Positions 28,627-37,339 of a stretch of DNA of 64,000 bases are shown here, piece after piece. Position 1 is the first letter of the stretch, and every line of letters begins with the position of its first letter. Made by a program: the position numbers and the translations under genes. The notes under the pieces are model-generated. The model ran no database searches. It saw nothing but the letters and a program-made list of their open reading frames with translations, and had not been told where the DNA came from. This DNA comes from a virus. Location: positions 77,008 to 141,007 of the IMG/VR virus record IMGVR_UViG_3300009514_000374, one strand, 5' to 3'.

Positions 28627-28986
28627 ATGGACGCGGAACAACCAAGCGACTTTGACCGGGGGCTCACTTGGGCTTTCGTATCGGATCTGTACGAGCGGGG
28701 CTTGTTGCCCGAGCCTGACCTGGAGGCCGTGGAGGCGTTCAGGAGCCAGCCTGCTTCGGTCCAGGCGGAGCAAGAGGCTCGACTGTGCTACCTGGCGTTG
28801 CGCCGTCTGGTACCGGCCAGGGGCGAGCTAGAGCCCGGCGAGGAACCCCCTGACGATGGGGAGCAGTACGTGCAGATCACGGCCGAGGGGTTGGCGGTCT
28901 TGCATCACCTGATCGGGGAGTCGGAAGCGGTGCCGGACGTGACCAAGGCCGAGGTCTTGGAGATGTTGGGTTCTACCGATCGGTAA
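28627..28986 (+). CDS. Hypothetical protein
   Basis: 119-aa ORF with an upstream GTAA promoter-like motif. Confidence 0.5.
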   Translation: MDAEQPSDFDRGLTWAFVSDLYERGLLPEPDLEAVEAFRSQPASVQAEQEARLCYLALRRLVPARGELEPGEEPPDDGEQYVQITAEGLAVLHHLIGESEAVPDVTKAEVLEMLGSTDR

Positions 28987-29002
28987 GTTCAAAAACATGG
29001 TT

Positions 29003-29024
29003 CGTTGGCGTAATTTTCAGTATG
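29003..29024 (+). promoter_or_regulatory. Candidate leaderless promoter
   Basis: CGTTGGCGTAATTTTCAGTATG, nearly identical to 34303-34323. Confidence 0.55.
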
Positions 29025-29249
29025 CAAGAATTCCAGCCCGATGACGTACTCCAAGTGGTGTGTAATCCGATCTACGTGGGCATCCCCCCCTTTCCTCCGC
29101 TGATGGCTCGGGAGGCGTGGATAGAAGCAAATCTCGTAGCCCTTGAGGAAATGGGGGCGGAGCAGTATCTCAACCAGCTTTTGGATTCCCTTCATAGCAG
29201 CATGGCATGGGCGGCCGAGGAAATGGCCCCGGACCCCGCTGACGAATAG
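29022..29249 (+). CDS. Small hypothetical protein
   Basis: 75-aa ORF, NPIYVGIPPFPP. Confidence 0.5.
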   Translation: MQEFQPDDVLQVVCNPIYVGIPPFPPLMAREAWIEANLVALEEMGAEQYLNQLLDSLHSSMAWAAEEMAPDPADE

Positions 29250-29286
29250 TTGTCCAGAAGCGCCCTTTCGTGGCGTAAAGAGAAGC

Positions 29287-29898
29287 ATGGAGCCCTACGT
29301 CGTTCTCAAAGCCACGGTTGAGCCCTTGCTGAACCCCCCTGACAACCCGTGGACTCCCATTTCCGCGCGAATTTTTCTGTGTAGCGCGGATGGCGGGGAA
29401 ACAGAGATCGGGGAAACATCTTGGGTACGTTTGGACCCTGGTCATGGACGCGAGCTTTGGGACCTCTTTGACGATGAAAGCGCGGGAACGCATGAAGCCT
29501 ACTGCGCCTTGAGGGAAAACGGCGTACTGGATAACGACGATCCTAGCTTTTGTGGGGTGGGCATCGGGTACAGCTATTTCTTGTGCGGGGTGGAGACGGT
29601 CATTGACCCGGAGTATCGGGGGCATGGGTATGGGCTGGAGGCGCTGGCTGCCTTCTTGCGGTTTTTTGCCTCTGAGAGTAACGGGCTGGTCGTCATCCGA
29701 CCGGCCCCTTTGCCGGAGGGGCCGGAGGAACAGGACGTGGTTGCTTTGCGTGCTGCGGGGGTCAAGAGGCTCCAAGGCTACTGGTCCCGGTTGGGGTTTG
29801 ATCAGGTCGGAGATACGGAATTTTTCATGTCTGAGACGGATATGAGACATCCGTGGAATTCAAGTGAGCCGGTTCGTGAAGCTGTCGGGCATGGTTGA
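29287..29898 (+). CDS. GNAT-family acetyltransferase
   Basis: IDPEYRGHGYG acetyl-CoA motif and LQGYWSRLGF. Confidence 0.7.
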   Translation: MEPYVVLKATVEPLLNPPDNPWTPISARIFLCSADGGETEIGETSWVRLDPGHGRELWDLFDDESAGTHEAYCALRENGVLDNDDPSFCGVGIGYSYFLCGVETVIDPEYRGHGYGLEALAAFLRFFASESNGLVVIRPAPLPEGPEEQDVVALRAAGVKRLQGYWSRLGFDQVGDTEFFMSETDMRHPWNSSEPVREAVGHG

Positions 29899-30544
29899 GC
29901 GGACACTCTTTGACGAGTGGGGCATCACCCCGGCGGAGTACAGCGATCTGCTGGCGCGCAACGCCAACTTGCGCGGAATTTCCCAAGGATATGTGGCAGA
30001 GGACAAGCTGCAAGCGCGCCTGCTTGATCACCCCGAGGTATCCGCGTGCGTGAAAATGGCCGATCAGGATCGGAACCATCCCTATGATTTCCTCGTAACG
30101 TACAGGGGGTCGAAGATCAGGGTGGAGTCCAAGGGGCCTCAGTCGGGGAAGGTGACGCGCTTGGGGAATCCCCAAATCTGCCGGGCCATTTGGAAATACG
30201 ACACCACCGGGCGGCGGAAGATCAAGGTGGGAGGCTGCGAGATCGACAAGTACAATCGGCCTTTCGGGGAGTGTGACGTGAATGCCGTCCCTCTCTTTGA
30301 CGTGATCGGGCGGTGGGAATTCGCCTTCATCTTGAACCGAGATCTGAAACCCACGACCTCGCCTCAAATCCCCGCTGAGATCCGCCATCTTGTATGCAAG
30401 ATCGATCAGACGGTACGTTGGCCTCCGTTGCCTCCCTACTATGACAACCCGTTCGGCTTGTTTGACACGTTGGTCGCGGAAGGCGTTGAGGGTGTGAAGG
30501 TGACGCACCCCGAACCCGACTACCCGTTCCTGTGGGCGACCTAG
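29864..30544 (+). CDS. PD-(D/E)XK restriction-endonuclease-like protein
   Basis: GYVAE..PYDFLVTY..IRVESK; alternative start at 29891. Confidence 0.65.
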   Translation: MSRFVKLSGMVERTLFDEWGITPAEYSDLLARNANLRGISQGYVAEDKLQARLLDHPEVSACVKMADQDRNHPYDFLVTYRGSKIRVESKGPQSGKVTRLGNPQICRAIWKYDTTGRRKIKVGGCEIDKYNRPFGECDVNAVPLFDVIGRWEFAFILNRDLKPTTSPQIPAEIRHLVCKIDQTVRWPPLPPYYDNPFGLFDTLVAEGVEGVKVTHPEPDYPFLWAT

Positions 30545-30560
30545 CTCGGTACCATCACCC

Positions 30561-30671
30561 TGAGCAACTGCCCCGACAGGGGGTGAACCCGGAGGGCAAA
30601 ACAGCACCTACGATGGGCAAGCCCCGCGATCGGATACGGTAAACGAGGGACGCCTCGGGCATCTCCGCTCA
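30561..30671 (+). ncRNA. Candidate structured ncRNA 1 (unassigned)
   Basis: Intergenic; TGAGC/GCTCA closing stem, several internal hairpins; promoter-like GCTCGGTAC 11 nt upstream. Confidence 0.45.
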
Positions 30672-30701
30672 ATTTCCCCCTTGGTTGGCGTAAGGTGTTT
30701 C

Positions 30702-30857
30702 GGACGGAAGTGAGATGGGCAGTCAACCGGGATGCGGTTCCGATCCCGGCCCTCCCTGCTCGGGAAAAGGCCAAAGGCCGACGAGGGCGCCCCCGCAGCG
30801 CGATGCTCGTAGGCAATGAAGCGACCAAACCGCACAGAAGGCAAGAGCAGGCCGTCC
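30702..30857 (+). ncRNA. Candidate structured ncRNA 2 (unassigned)
   Basis: GGACGG/CCGTCC closing stem; CCTGCTC/GAGCAGG, CCGGGAT/ATCCCGG, ACGAG/CTCGT; GTTGGCGTAA promoter motif 11 nt upstream. Confidence 0.55.
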
Positions 30858-30868
30858 ACTAATTTCTG

Positions 30869-31267
30869 ATGGCTCACCGAGAAAAGACCGAAGCTGAGAA
30901 GCACGTCGTCACGCTCAAGCACTGGCGATGGATGCCGGGGATGCTGCCCACCCACGGCAGCAGGATCATCTACTGTGTCGGCGAGCGCGCCTTTGTTGCG
31001 TATTGGGACGATGAAGCGAACGATGGCGACGGAGATGGAGATGCGCATTGGTTCGGCACTGGCCTTCCCGACCTTACGGATCCAGCGACCCTTGGCTGTC
31101 TCCGTGCCCTCGTGCGTGAAGCCTGGAGGTCGCCGACCGCGAACACGATCTTTGTCGATGGTCAGTGGCAGTGTTGGGTCAAGAACGAGGACACGCCGCG
31201 CGGGCTTCATTTCGACGGGGCCACGGAGCAGGACGCTCTCGTTGCAGCCTTGGAGGCCGCCGCGTGA
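30869..31267 (+). CDS. Hypothetical phage protein
   Basis: 132 aa; WRWMPGM..PDLTDPATLGCL..ALVAALEAA. Confidence 0.6.
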   Translation: MAHREKTEAEKHVVTLKHWRWMPGMLPTHGSRIIYCVGERAFVAYWDDEANDGDGDGDAHWFGTGLPDLTDPATLGCLRALVREAWRSPTANTIFVDGQWQCWVKNEDTPRGLHFDGATEQDALVAALEAAA

Positions 31268-31572
31268 AGGTGATCCGAGAGATCGAGAAGCTCGACACCG
31301 GGCGGCATCTCGTATCGCTCAGCGTGATCGAGAGCGGTAAGGGGATCACGATCGTTGCGGCGGAGGATGCTCCTGACGATTGGAAGCTGCTCGTTGCGTG
31401 CGGACGGCCGGGCACCATGAGAGTGCTCCGACGTGGTGAGCCTGACCTTGCCGCGTGTGAGACGTGGGCGCGTTGGGTCGGCGAGCAGGTGCTCGTCAAG
31501 GGCCGTACCCCCGAGGCCGTGTTCGCAGATATGGCCCGAGATCGAGGCGAGGATGCTGAACACCAGCACTGA
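31264..31572 (+). CDS. Hypothetical protein
   Basis: GTGA overlap with the upstream stop; GGAGG RBS. Confidence 0.55.
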   Translation: MKVIREIEKLDTGRHLVSLSVIESGKGITIVAAEDAPDDWKLLVACGRPGTMRVLRRGEPDLAACETWARWVGEQVLVKGRTPEAVFADMARDRGEDAEHQH

Positions 31573-31592
31573 CGTAGGATAGGACTACACAA

Positions 31593-31889
31593 ATGACTGA
31601 CAGGCACGCCTATTGGAAGCGAGAATTCCAGCGCATGTTGGACGACGTGGATCGGAGCCGTGGCGAGGTAGGCACGCACGAGGCGATCATTCACTTGCTG
31701 GTCGAGGCCGAAAAGCTCGGAGCCTCTGAGGCCGAGCAGCTTCGCGTTCAATTGGCTGGTTGCGGTGTCGCATCGCTCGACGGGTCGGAAGCGCAGGCGT
31801 GCGCGAAGGGGGCCTACGGATGGTCCCCGGCCTACCAGAGCGTGCTCGATCTCCGCCGAAAGTACGACGAGCTTCGGAATGCTAAGTGA
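31593..31889 (+). CDS. Hypothetical protein
   Basis: 98-aa ORF with AGGA RBS. Confidence 0.55.
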   Translation: MTDRHAYWKREFQRMLDDVDRSRGEVGTHEAIIHLLVEAEKLGASEAEQLRVQLAGCGVASLDGSEAQACAKGAYGWSPAYQSVLDLRRKYDELRNAK

Positions 31890-32361
31890 GTCCAGCACGA
31901 TCGTGGCCCGCAAGGCCGAGCGCATGGAGGCGTGGCGGGCAGCGAACCCTCGCCAGGCGTGGGCGCTCGATCGCATGGAGGGCTGGTACAAGGCCGAGTG
32001 TGTCGAGGCCATCCACAGCGACCTCGTGGACGACGAACGGTTGGGCAACCTGTGGATGATCGCCGATCAGCTTGAGACGGTGATCAAGGAGAGTGCGGAA
32101 GGCGAAACCTGTTGCGTCTCGTGCGATCGGGCAGTGACCTACACGGTCGAGGTGATCGAGGGGTCCAACGAACCGAACGACGAGGACCGGAAGGTCTACG
32201 GTCAGGTGCATCGCGTCACTTGGATCTGCCAGGTCTGCGACGGCTACGTGTGCCGCTGGTGTGCGTTCCGAAACCCTGACGATCCGCTCACCATCCACGA
32301 GAACACCTACTGCGGTGAGGCGTGTTGGAAGGCTGATGGTAGTCCCACGGAGATCTGGTGA
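31879..32361 (+). CDS. Cys-rich (Zn-finger) hypothetical protein
   Basis: CVSC, CQVC, CRWC and CGEAC. Confidence 0.55.
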   Translation: MLSESSTIVARKAERMEAWRAANPRQAWALDRMEGWYKAECVEAIHSDLVDDERLGNLWMIADQLETVIKESAEGETCCVSCDRAVTYTVEVIEGSNEPNDEDRKVYGQVHRVTWICQVCDGYVCRWCAFRNPDDPLTIHENTYCGEACWKADGSPTEIW

Positions 32362-32575
32362 TGGCTGGTACATCGTCCGTGACGACGACGGTGTTCAAGA
32401 GGTCATGGAGTACGACTCCTGCGGGGGGTACGACGGGCGGTGTGGTGGTTGTGCTGAGTGCCTTGCGATGCAAGCAGAGCACGCGGGATGGGCTGTCGAG
32501 CGCACCAAAGATCCGAAACACGCGGCTGTCGCTCTAGTGCTCTGTAAGGTCAAAGAGCCCGAAGCCTACGGCTGA
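32336..32575 (+). CDS. Small Cys-containing hypothetical protein
   Basis: SCGGYDGRCGGCAEC; start uncertain. Confidence 0.45.
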   Translation: MVVPRRSGDGWYIVRDDDGVQEVMEYDSCGGYDGRCGGCAECLAMQAEHAGWAVERTKDPKHAAVALVLCKVKEPEAYG

Positions 32576-32621
32576 TTAGCGATTCTACAACCGGGATCCG
32601 GTTGTGCGAGTAGCATCCCAC

Positions 32622-33620
32622 ATGCTACGCGCGATTCTCGATTTTCTGTTCGCTCTCTTTCGTGGTTCCCCGGACGAGGACGAGACTCCGCGCGCGGTTG
32701 AGGGGCAAGACCCGCCGGCTAAGCCGGCCGTTCCTGACAGCGAGGACGAGCCTGTAGTCGTCCCGAGCCCTGAGCCGGAACCGGAACCCGAGCCCGAGCC
32801 GGACCCATATCGGACGGAGCCGGAGATCGAGGAACCGGGCAGGATGAAGATCAGCGCGTGGGCGGGGAACGCCTCGCTGAATAACCCGGAGCGTGACGTG
32901 GCGTTCGCTACCAGCATCGGGCTCACTCGTCTCGATGTGATCGTGAACGACCACTCGGGTTGGAGGGAGCCTCACGATTTCACCATGCGCAAAGAAGCGA
33001 AGATCGAGAAGCTGGTCAAGCTCGCGCAAGCGGCTGGTTTGGAGGTCCACTTTATGTCGTGGATCATGCCGCACCGGCAGTACGTCGAGGGGGCGGCTGA
33101 GCAACTGGTCCCGCTGTGCAACCGGCTCGGCATCACGTCTCTCCAGTGGGACGCGGAGGAACCCTGGATGAAAGCGACCGACGCGATGGCCTACCCGGAT
33201 GCGGCCAAGTTGATCGCCGAGAAATTCAAGGGCCTCGACTGCCCGATGGGGGTCAACGGGATCGGGTACGCGTCGGCTACCAAGTTCGGCCCGCTCGCCG
33301 ATGTCTGCGAGTACGTGGTGCCACAGTGCTACGCCACGAGCAGCAACACGCTCGACCCGACGACCTGTGTGCCGAAATTCGTTCGCCGATACCGATCCAA
33401 GTTTGGCGTAAACAAACCCGTGCAGGTTGGGCTTGCCGCGTACCGTCAGCCTCCCAAGGGCTTCACCACCGAGGCTGCGATGGCGGCTAGCTTCGGGAGC
33501 GCCGAGGCCATCGAAGGCTGCGACGCTGTGATCTACTGGTCCCTTGGCTGGATCCGCAAGACGCCGAGCGTTGCGGCTGCGATCAAGAAGCTCGCTACCA
33601 AGGGGCAACTGGTGGCCTAG
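32622..33620 (+). CDS. Membrane-anchored TIM-barrel glycoside-hydrolase-like protein (possible lysin)
   Basis: Short hydrophobic N-terminus, Pro-Glu linker, WDAEE acidic pair, VPQCY, IYWS. Confidence 0.5.
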   Translation: MLRAILDFLFALFRGSPDEDETPRAVEGQDPPAKPAVPDSEDEPVVVPSPEPEPEPEPEPDPYRTEPEIEEPGRMKISAWAGNASLNNPERDVAFATSIGLTRLDVIVNDHSGWREPHDFTMRKEAKIEKLVKLAQAAGLEVHFMSWIMPHRQYVEGAAEQLVPLCNRLGITSLQWDAEEPWMKATDAMAYPDAAKLIAEKFKGLDCPMGVNGIGYASATKFGPLADVCEYVVPQCYATSSNTLDPTTCVPKFVRRYRSKFGVNKPVQVGLAAYRQPPKGFTTEAAMAASFGSAEAIEGCDAVIYWSLGWIRKTPSVAAAIKKLATKGQLVA

Positions 33621-34297
33621 TGCTGATCGGGATCGATGAAGCGGGCCGAGGCCCTGTGCTTGGGCCGATGGTCTTGGCGGTCGTGGTGATCGCTCCCGAA
33701 GCCGAGGACGAATTCAAGGCCCTCGGGATCAAGGACTCCAAGAAATACGGATCTGGCAAGAAGGGCCATGAGCGTCGAGCCCGAGCGCGGGATCTGATCA
33801 TGGAGAAGGCCGCGTGCTATGCGATCGAGATCGTGTACCCGAGCGTGATTGACCAGTGGGTTCACGACCGCTCCCTGAATGCCCTGGAGCGCCACATCGC
33901 AGAGAAGCTCCTGAGAGGCGTAGACGCCACACAGGGCGACCTGATTGTGGCGGACGGCGAGGGTCTGTTCGGCCCGCTCAGGGCGTTCTGGCCGTCCCTG
34001 AGCGCCGAGGACAAGGCCGATACGAACCATGTCTCGGTGGCGGCAGCCTCGGTGCTGGCGAAAACGGAGCGTGATGCCCGCATGGCTGAGATCTCGGCCA
34101 AATACGAGCGTGAGGGCTACCCGCCGCTCAGGGGCGGCGGCTACGTGAATGAGTGGTCGATCCGATTCATGGAGGACTACGCTGAGAAGCATGGCGGTGA
34201 GCTACCTCCAGAGGCGCGCAAATCGTGGAAATGGCAGCGCACGCGGGCAGAGGCGTTGCCAGGTGGAGACATCCTCGACCTGTTCGGCTCAGACTGA
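33620..34297 (+). CDS. rnhB: Ribonuclease HII
   Basis: GIDEAGRGPVLGPMV, DSKK, KAD, VAAASVLAK. Confidence 0.93.
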   Translation: MLIGIDEAGRGPVLGPMVLAVVVIAPEAEDEFKALGIKDSKKYGSGKKGHERRARARDLIMEKAACYAIEIVYPSVIDQWVHDRSLNALERHIAEKLLRGVDATQGDLIVADGEGLFGPLRAFWPSLSAEDKADTNHVSVAAASVLAKTERDARMAEISAKYEREGYPPLRGGGYVNEWSIRFMEDYAEKHGGELPPEARKSWKWQRTRAEALPGGDILDLFGSD

Positions 34298-34320
34298 ACG
34301 ACCGTTGGCGTAAGATCAGT

Positions 34321-35127
34321 ATGCGGATCTTTCTGGTAAGGCATGGGCAGAGTCGTTCCAACGCGGATTGGACGGAGAACACTCGCGTTGCGGACCACGC
34401 GATCGAGTTGACAGATGCGGGCCACGAGCAGGCCCGCAAGGCGGGCATGGCCCTCGCCGAGTACCTACGCGAGCATCACCTTGATCGGGCGCCTGTTTCT
34501 GCCTCGCACACGGGCTACCACATCCCGAAGATCCGGTTGTGGCACAGCCCGTACAAGCGCACGCGACAGACGGCGGCGGGTTTGGAGGAAACGTGCCTCT
34601 TGCCTGGTCTTGGCTCCGACCCGTCGATGAATCGCACACAGTATCGCATCCCCGTCGATGATCGGACCTTTCAGCTTCGCCAGGATTCGGAGTCGTGGTT
34701 TTGGGACAAGCGGGAGCACATGCTCCTGGCCGAGCAGCAGTTCGGAGTGTTCGACGGCCTGAGCGACGAGGAACGGGAGAAGGAGTACCCGCGCGAGCAC
34801 GCCTACTACGAAAAGTGCAAGCGGTTTGAGGGCAAGCTCTGGCCGAAGATGCCGCTCGGCGAGTCTCGCTTTGAGGTTTGCCAGCGAGTGCATCAGGCGT
34901 TCGGGTCGTTTCACCGTGATGCAACCAAGCACGGCATCGAGAACATTGTCGTGGTCGGCCACGGTACGACCAATCGGGCGTTCGTTCAGATGTGGCTGCA
35001 CAAGCCTTGGGAGTGGATGCACGAGGAACCGAATCCGCTCAACTGCTCGATCCGCTTGATTGAGGATGGCGAGGACATCGGCTACATCTTCGACGGGTTC
35101 AAGGGCGGACAGCACAAGGGGCAGTGA
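34321..35127 (+). CDS. Histidine phosphatase (phosphoglycerate mutase family)
   Basis: LVRHGQS, SPYKRTRQT, GES, VVGHG. Confidence 0.9.
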   Translation: MRIFLVRHGQSRSNADWTENTRVADHAIELTDAGHEQARKAGMALAEYLREHHLDRAPVSASHTGYHIPKIRLWHSPYKRTRQTAAGLEETCLLPGLGSDPSMNRTQYRIPVDDRTFQLRQDSESWFWDKREHMLLAEQQFGVFDGLSDEEREKEYPREHAYYEKCKRFEGKLWPKMPLGESRFEVCQRVHQAFGSFHRDATKHGIENIVVVGHGTTNRAFVQMWLHKPWEWMHEEPNPLNCSIRLIEDGEDIGYIFDGFKGGQHKGQ

Positions 35128-35131
35128 TTCG

Positions 35132-35479
35132 ATGAAAGCCTCTGACGTAAAGGAGATCGTCAATTGGCTCCGCAGTTGGAAGGACGGGCCTCGTCAGCCA
35201 GACTGGACGTTCAAGGCGGCTGACGCCATCGAGGCTCGATTCATGCCCAAGGTCGAGGTTCCCGAGGGAGCCAAGCACGAGCTAGAGAACGACGCCTGCT
35301 ACGCCTTCCGGTGTGGCGCGTGCAAGCGCTACTGGACCGAGGCTTGGGGGTCGATGGACGACGTGTCGGGGCTCGACCCCGAACCGGGCATGGAGGTTGA
35401 GTGCCAGCACTGTGGTACCGAGCTTCGCTTGGCGTGTTGGGATCCAGACATGGAAGGGATGTACGACGAGGATGGGTAA
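35132..35479 (+). CDS. Zn-ribbon hypothetical protein
   Basis: CGAC..CQHC. Confidence 0.55.
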   Translation: MKASDVKEIVNWLRSWKDGPRQPDWTFKAADAIEARFMPKVEVPEGAKHELENDACYAFRCGACKRYWTEAWGSMDDVSGLDPEPGMEVECQHCGTELRLACWDPDMEGMYDEDG

Positions 35480-36212
35480 TGCGTGGGATGATTTCGAGTT
35501 TGAGGCTAACGACCTAAGCGCCTACTCTAGTGAACAGCTTTTGGCCGAGCTTGCCCGCAGGGGGGTGAAGCGTGCGGGCAACGTGCCCCATGCGGAGCTT
35601 GAGGGGGTGTCTCGGACGATGACCTGTGAGATTCGTGGGGATGTATGCGAGGTTCAGTTGCCCTCTTTGAGTGAAGCCGATGGGCAGTTATCGGCCGTAG
35701 CCTACCAAGAAGCGCTTTTTCGTCGGGCGTTTGGCCGAGGTGGTTCAAGATGCCTGTGTGACAGCCGAGCCGGTGTTGAGAGCCGATCGATTGCCGGAAG
35801 CTCAGCCGCGACCTTGTGTTGGATGTGTCACCGTTACCGTGAAAATGGTGGGCGGTGGATTGATATGACAAGAACGGATAGTGAGGGGCCTCCCAAATGG
35901 GTCCAGTCAAAGGCGCGTCAATGGACGATTTTGCGACGCTGGAATTTGATTTCACGACCCGAGGGGCAGGACAGTAAAACCACGTCTCATGGGGTTTGGA
36001 AGCCGGAGCCCCTTGCCTACGAGTTCATCGCGGGCAACGTAAAAGTGCCCGATGAAATCCACACCTACAAGAACAAGGTGATTGGGCGGTCGAGGAAGCT
36101 CGTGAGCATCCAAGATGTCGTAGGCAACCAGTTTGTCCTTGAAAAAGTGTTGCGAGGCGAATTTGCGGCTGAGAATTTTCGCTTTGAGACTCGCCGTAAA
36201 AAACGCTCATAG
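35472..36212 (+). CDS. Hypothetical, possibly DNA-binding protein (lower GC)
   Basis: ORF overlaps the upstream stop; LRRWNLI..GVWK suggests a winged helix; atypical codons. Confidence 0.5.
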   Translation: MGNAWDDFEFEANDLSAYSSEQLLAELARRGVKRAGNVPHAELEGVSRTMTCEIRGDVCEVQLPSLSEADGQLSAVAYQEALFRRAFGRGGSRCLCDSRAGVESRSIAGSSAATLCWMCHRYRENGGRWIDMTRTDSEGPPKWVQSKARQWTILRRWNLISRPEGQDSKTTSHGVWKPEPLAYEFIAGNVKVPDEIHTYKNKVIGRSRKLVSIQDVVGNQFVLEKVLRGEFAAENFRFETRRKKRS

Positions 36213-36253
36213 GCTCAACTTGGCTCGCCGCGAAGCTCGGGTAGAATCTAGTC

Positions 36254-36748
36254 ATGCACGGGATTGGCGATCTTCTCGACGCCGCCTTTGCGGCGAAACG
36301 AACCATGAAATTCACCTGGCTAGACCGACCTCTCAATGCAGGAGCAGCCGTGAGCGAAGCGACCCTTGTGGGAGTGCGCTGCATACCCTTGGGCGCCGTG
36401 GGCTACGAGAACGACCTCGACCTGATTGCTCGGGAGCAGGGGTACACACAACGCGACGAGATACATTTGTCGCCGCTCACGCCTGACCTGACTCGGATCT
36501 GCGCGACCTACTCCGAGGAACATCGCCACACGGAGGACGAGGTTCGATTCGTCGTGGACGGGGAAGGCAGCTTCGATGTGAGATCTCAGGACGACGACTG
36601 GATTCGGATCCACGTCGAGCCCGGTGATTTCCTGATCCTGCCCGCAGGTCTTTATCACAGGTTCCACCTGACCGAGACTAAGGACATCCGGGTGATCCGC
36701 ATGTTCAAGGACAAGCAGGGCTGGACACCGATCTACCGAGGCGAGTAG
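36254..36748 (+). CDS. mtnD: Acireductone dioxygenase (ARD cupin)
   Basis: EHRHTEDEVRFVVDGEGSFDVR..WIRIHVEPGDFLILPAGLYHRF; start 36254 or 36305. Confidence 0.88.
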   Translation: MHGIGDLLDAAFAAKRTMKFTWLDRPLNAGAAVSEATLVGVRCIPLGAVGYENDLDLIAREQGYTQRDEIHLSPLTPDLTRICATYSEEHRHTEDEVRFVVDGEGSFDVRSQDDDWIRIHVEPGDFLILPAGLYHRFHLTETKDIRVIRMFKDKQGWTPIYRGE

Positions 36749-36752
36749 AGTA

Positions 36753-36889
36753 GGGGCGTTGCAACACGCGGCCTGGCCCCGGCCTCCAACAAGCTCCGCA
36801 GACCACGTTCTGAGCCAGGCGGGACGAGCAGGATAGATGCCTGTGCTGGTCACGAACCGCGTCCGTGAAGCCGAACGCTGCGCCCTCCA
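36753..36889 (+). ncRNA. Candidate structured ncRNA 3 ending in CCA (unassigned)
   Basis: GGGCG/CGCCC closing stem + TCCA; ACGCGG/CCGCGT, GCCTGGC/GCCAGGC, GAC.AGCA/TGCT.GTC. Confidence 0.45.
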
Positions 36890-36910
36890 GTGAGATTGCG
36901 GAGAGGGTAC

Positions 36911-36940
36911 TTGACATCCACCCCTGAGTCCTTCTAGGCT
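36911..36940 (+). promoter_or_regulatory. Sigma70-like promoter
   Basis: TTGACA-18 nt-TAGGCT upstream of ORF 37024. Confidence 0.65.
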
Positions 36941-37023
36941 CCCAACTCGTGCTGATTGCACCACAACTTGTTTTGCGAGGACGGGCGCCGCCGTAGCCGA
37001 TTTCCTAACTGGAAATCGCAGCT

Positions 37024-37335
37024 ATGAGCAACAACCTCGTCCCCAACAACAAGAGCCACAACCCCAACCTTCGCGGAGCGATCCGCAAGAGCAACGACCC
37101 CCGCTACAAGCGGGTGCTCGTCGGGTACCGCATGGTGCCCATGGCGTCGTCTCATGTGGAGACGCCAGCGGGTAAGACCCGTTGCCAGCTTTGCTGGTTG
37201 CTCAACGCGACGACGCCGACGCCGGGCCAGAAGGCGAAGGACCACTTTTGCCGGTGGAACATCGCGGCCGAGGGACCGCGCGACCCGAACCCGCCCATGC
37301 GGCAGGTGCCGGTGTATCGGTGGGTCGAAAAGTGA
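37024..37335 (+). CDS. Hypothetical protein
   Basis: 103-aa ORF downstream of the sigma70-like promoter; CQLC..HFC. Confidence 0.5.
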   Translation: MSNNLVPNNKSHNPNLRGAIRKSNDPRYKRVLVGYRMVPMASSHVETPAGKTRCQLCWLLNATTPTPGQKAKDHFCRWNIAAEGPRDPNPPMRQVPVYRWVEK

Positions 37336-37339
37336 CCCG

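Noticed and set aside
26895-28667. Long minus-strand ORFs (590 aa here; also 12609-14291, 4325-5464, 15830-16972, 39652-40827 and others)
   Set aside because: They are antisense shadows of motif-bearing + strand genes, expected with high GC3, and have no recognisable domains
30561-30857. RNase P RNA or c-di-GMP riboswitch resemblance (ACGGTAAAC, GGGACGC, ACAGAA)
   Set aside because: Fragments are out of order and the P4 pairing or riboswitch stems cannot be built; kept only as unassigned ncRNA candidates
36753-36889. Canonical tRNA or tmRNA
   Set aside because: No TTCRA T-loop, D-arm or tag reading frame; no canonical tRNA was recognised anywhere in the window
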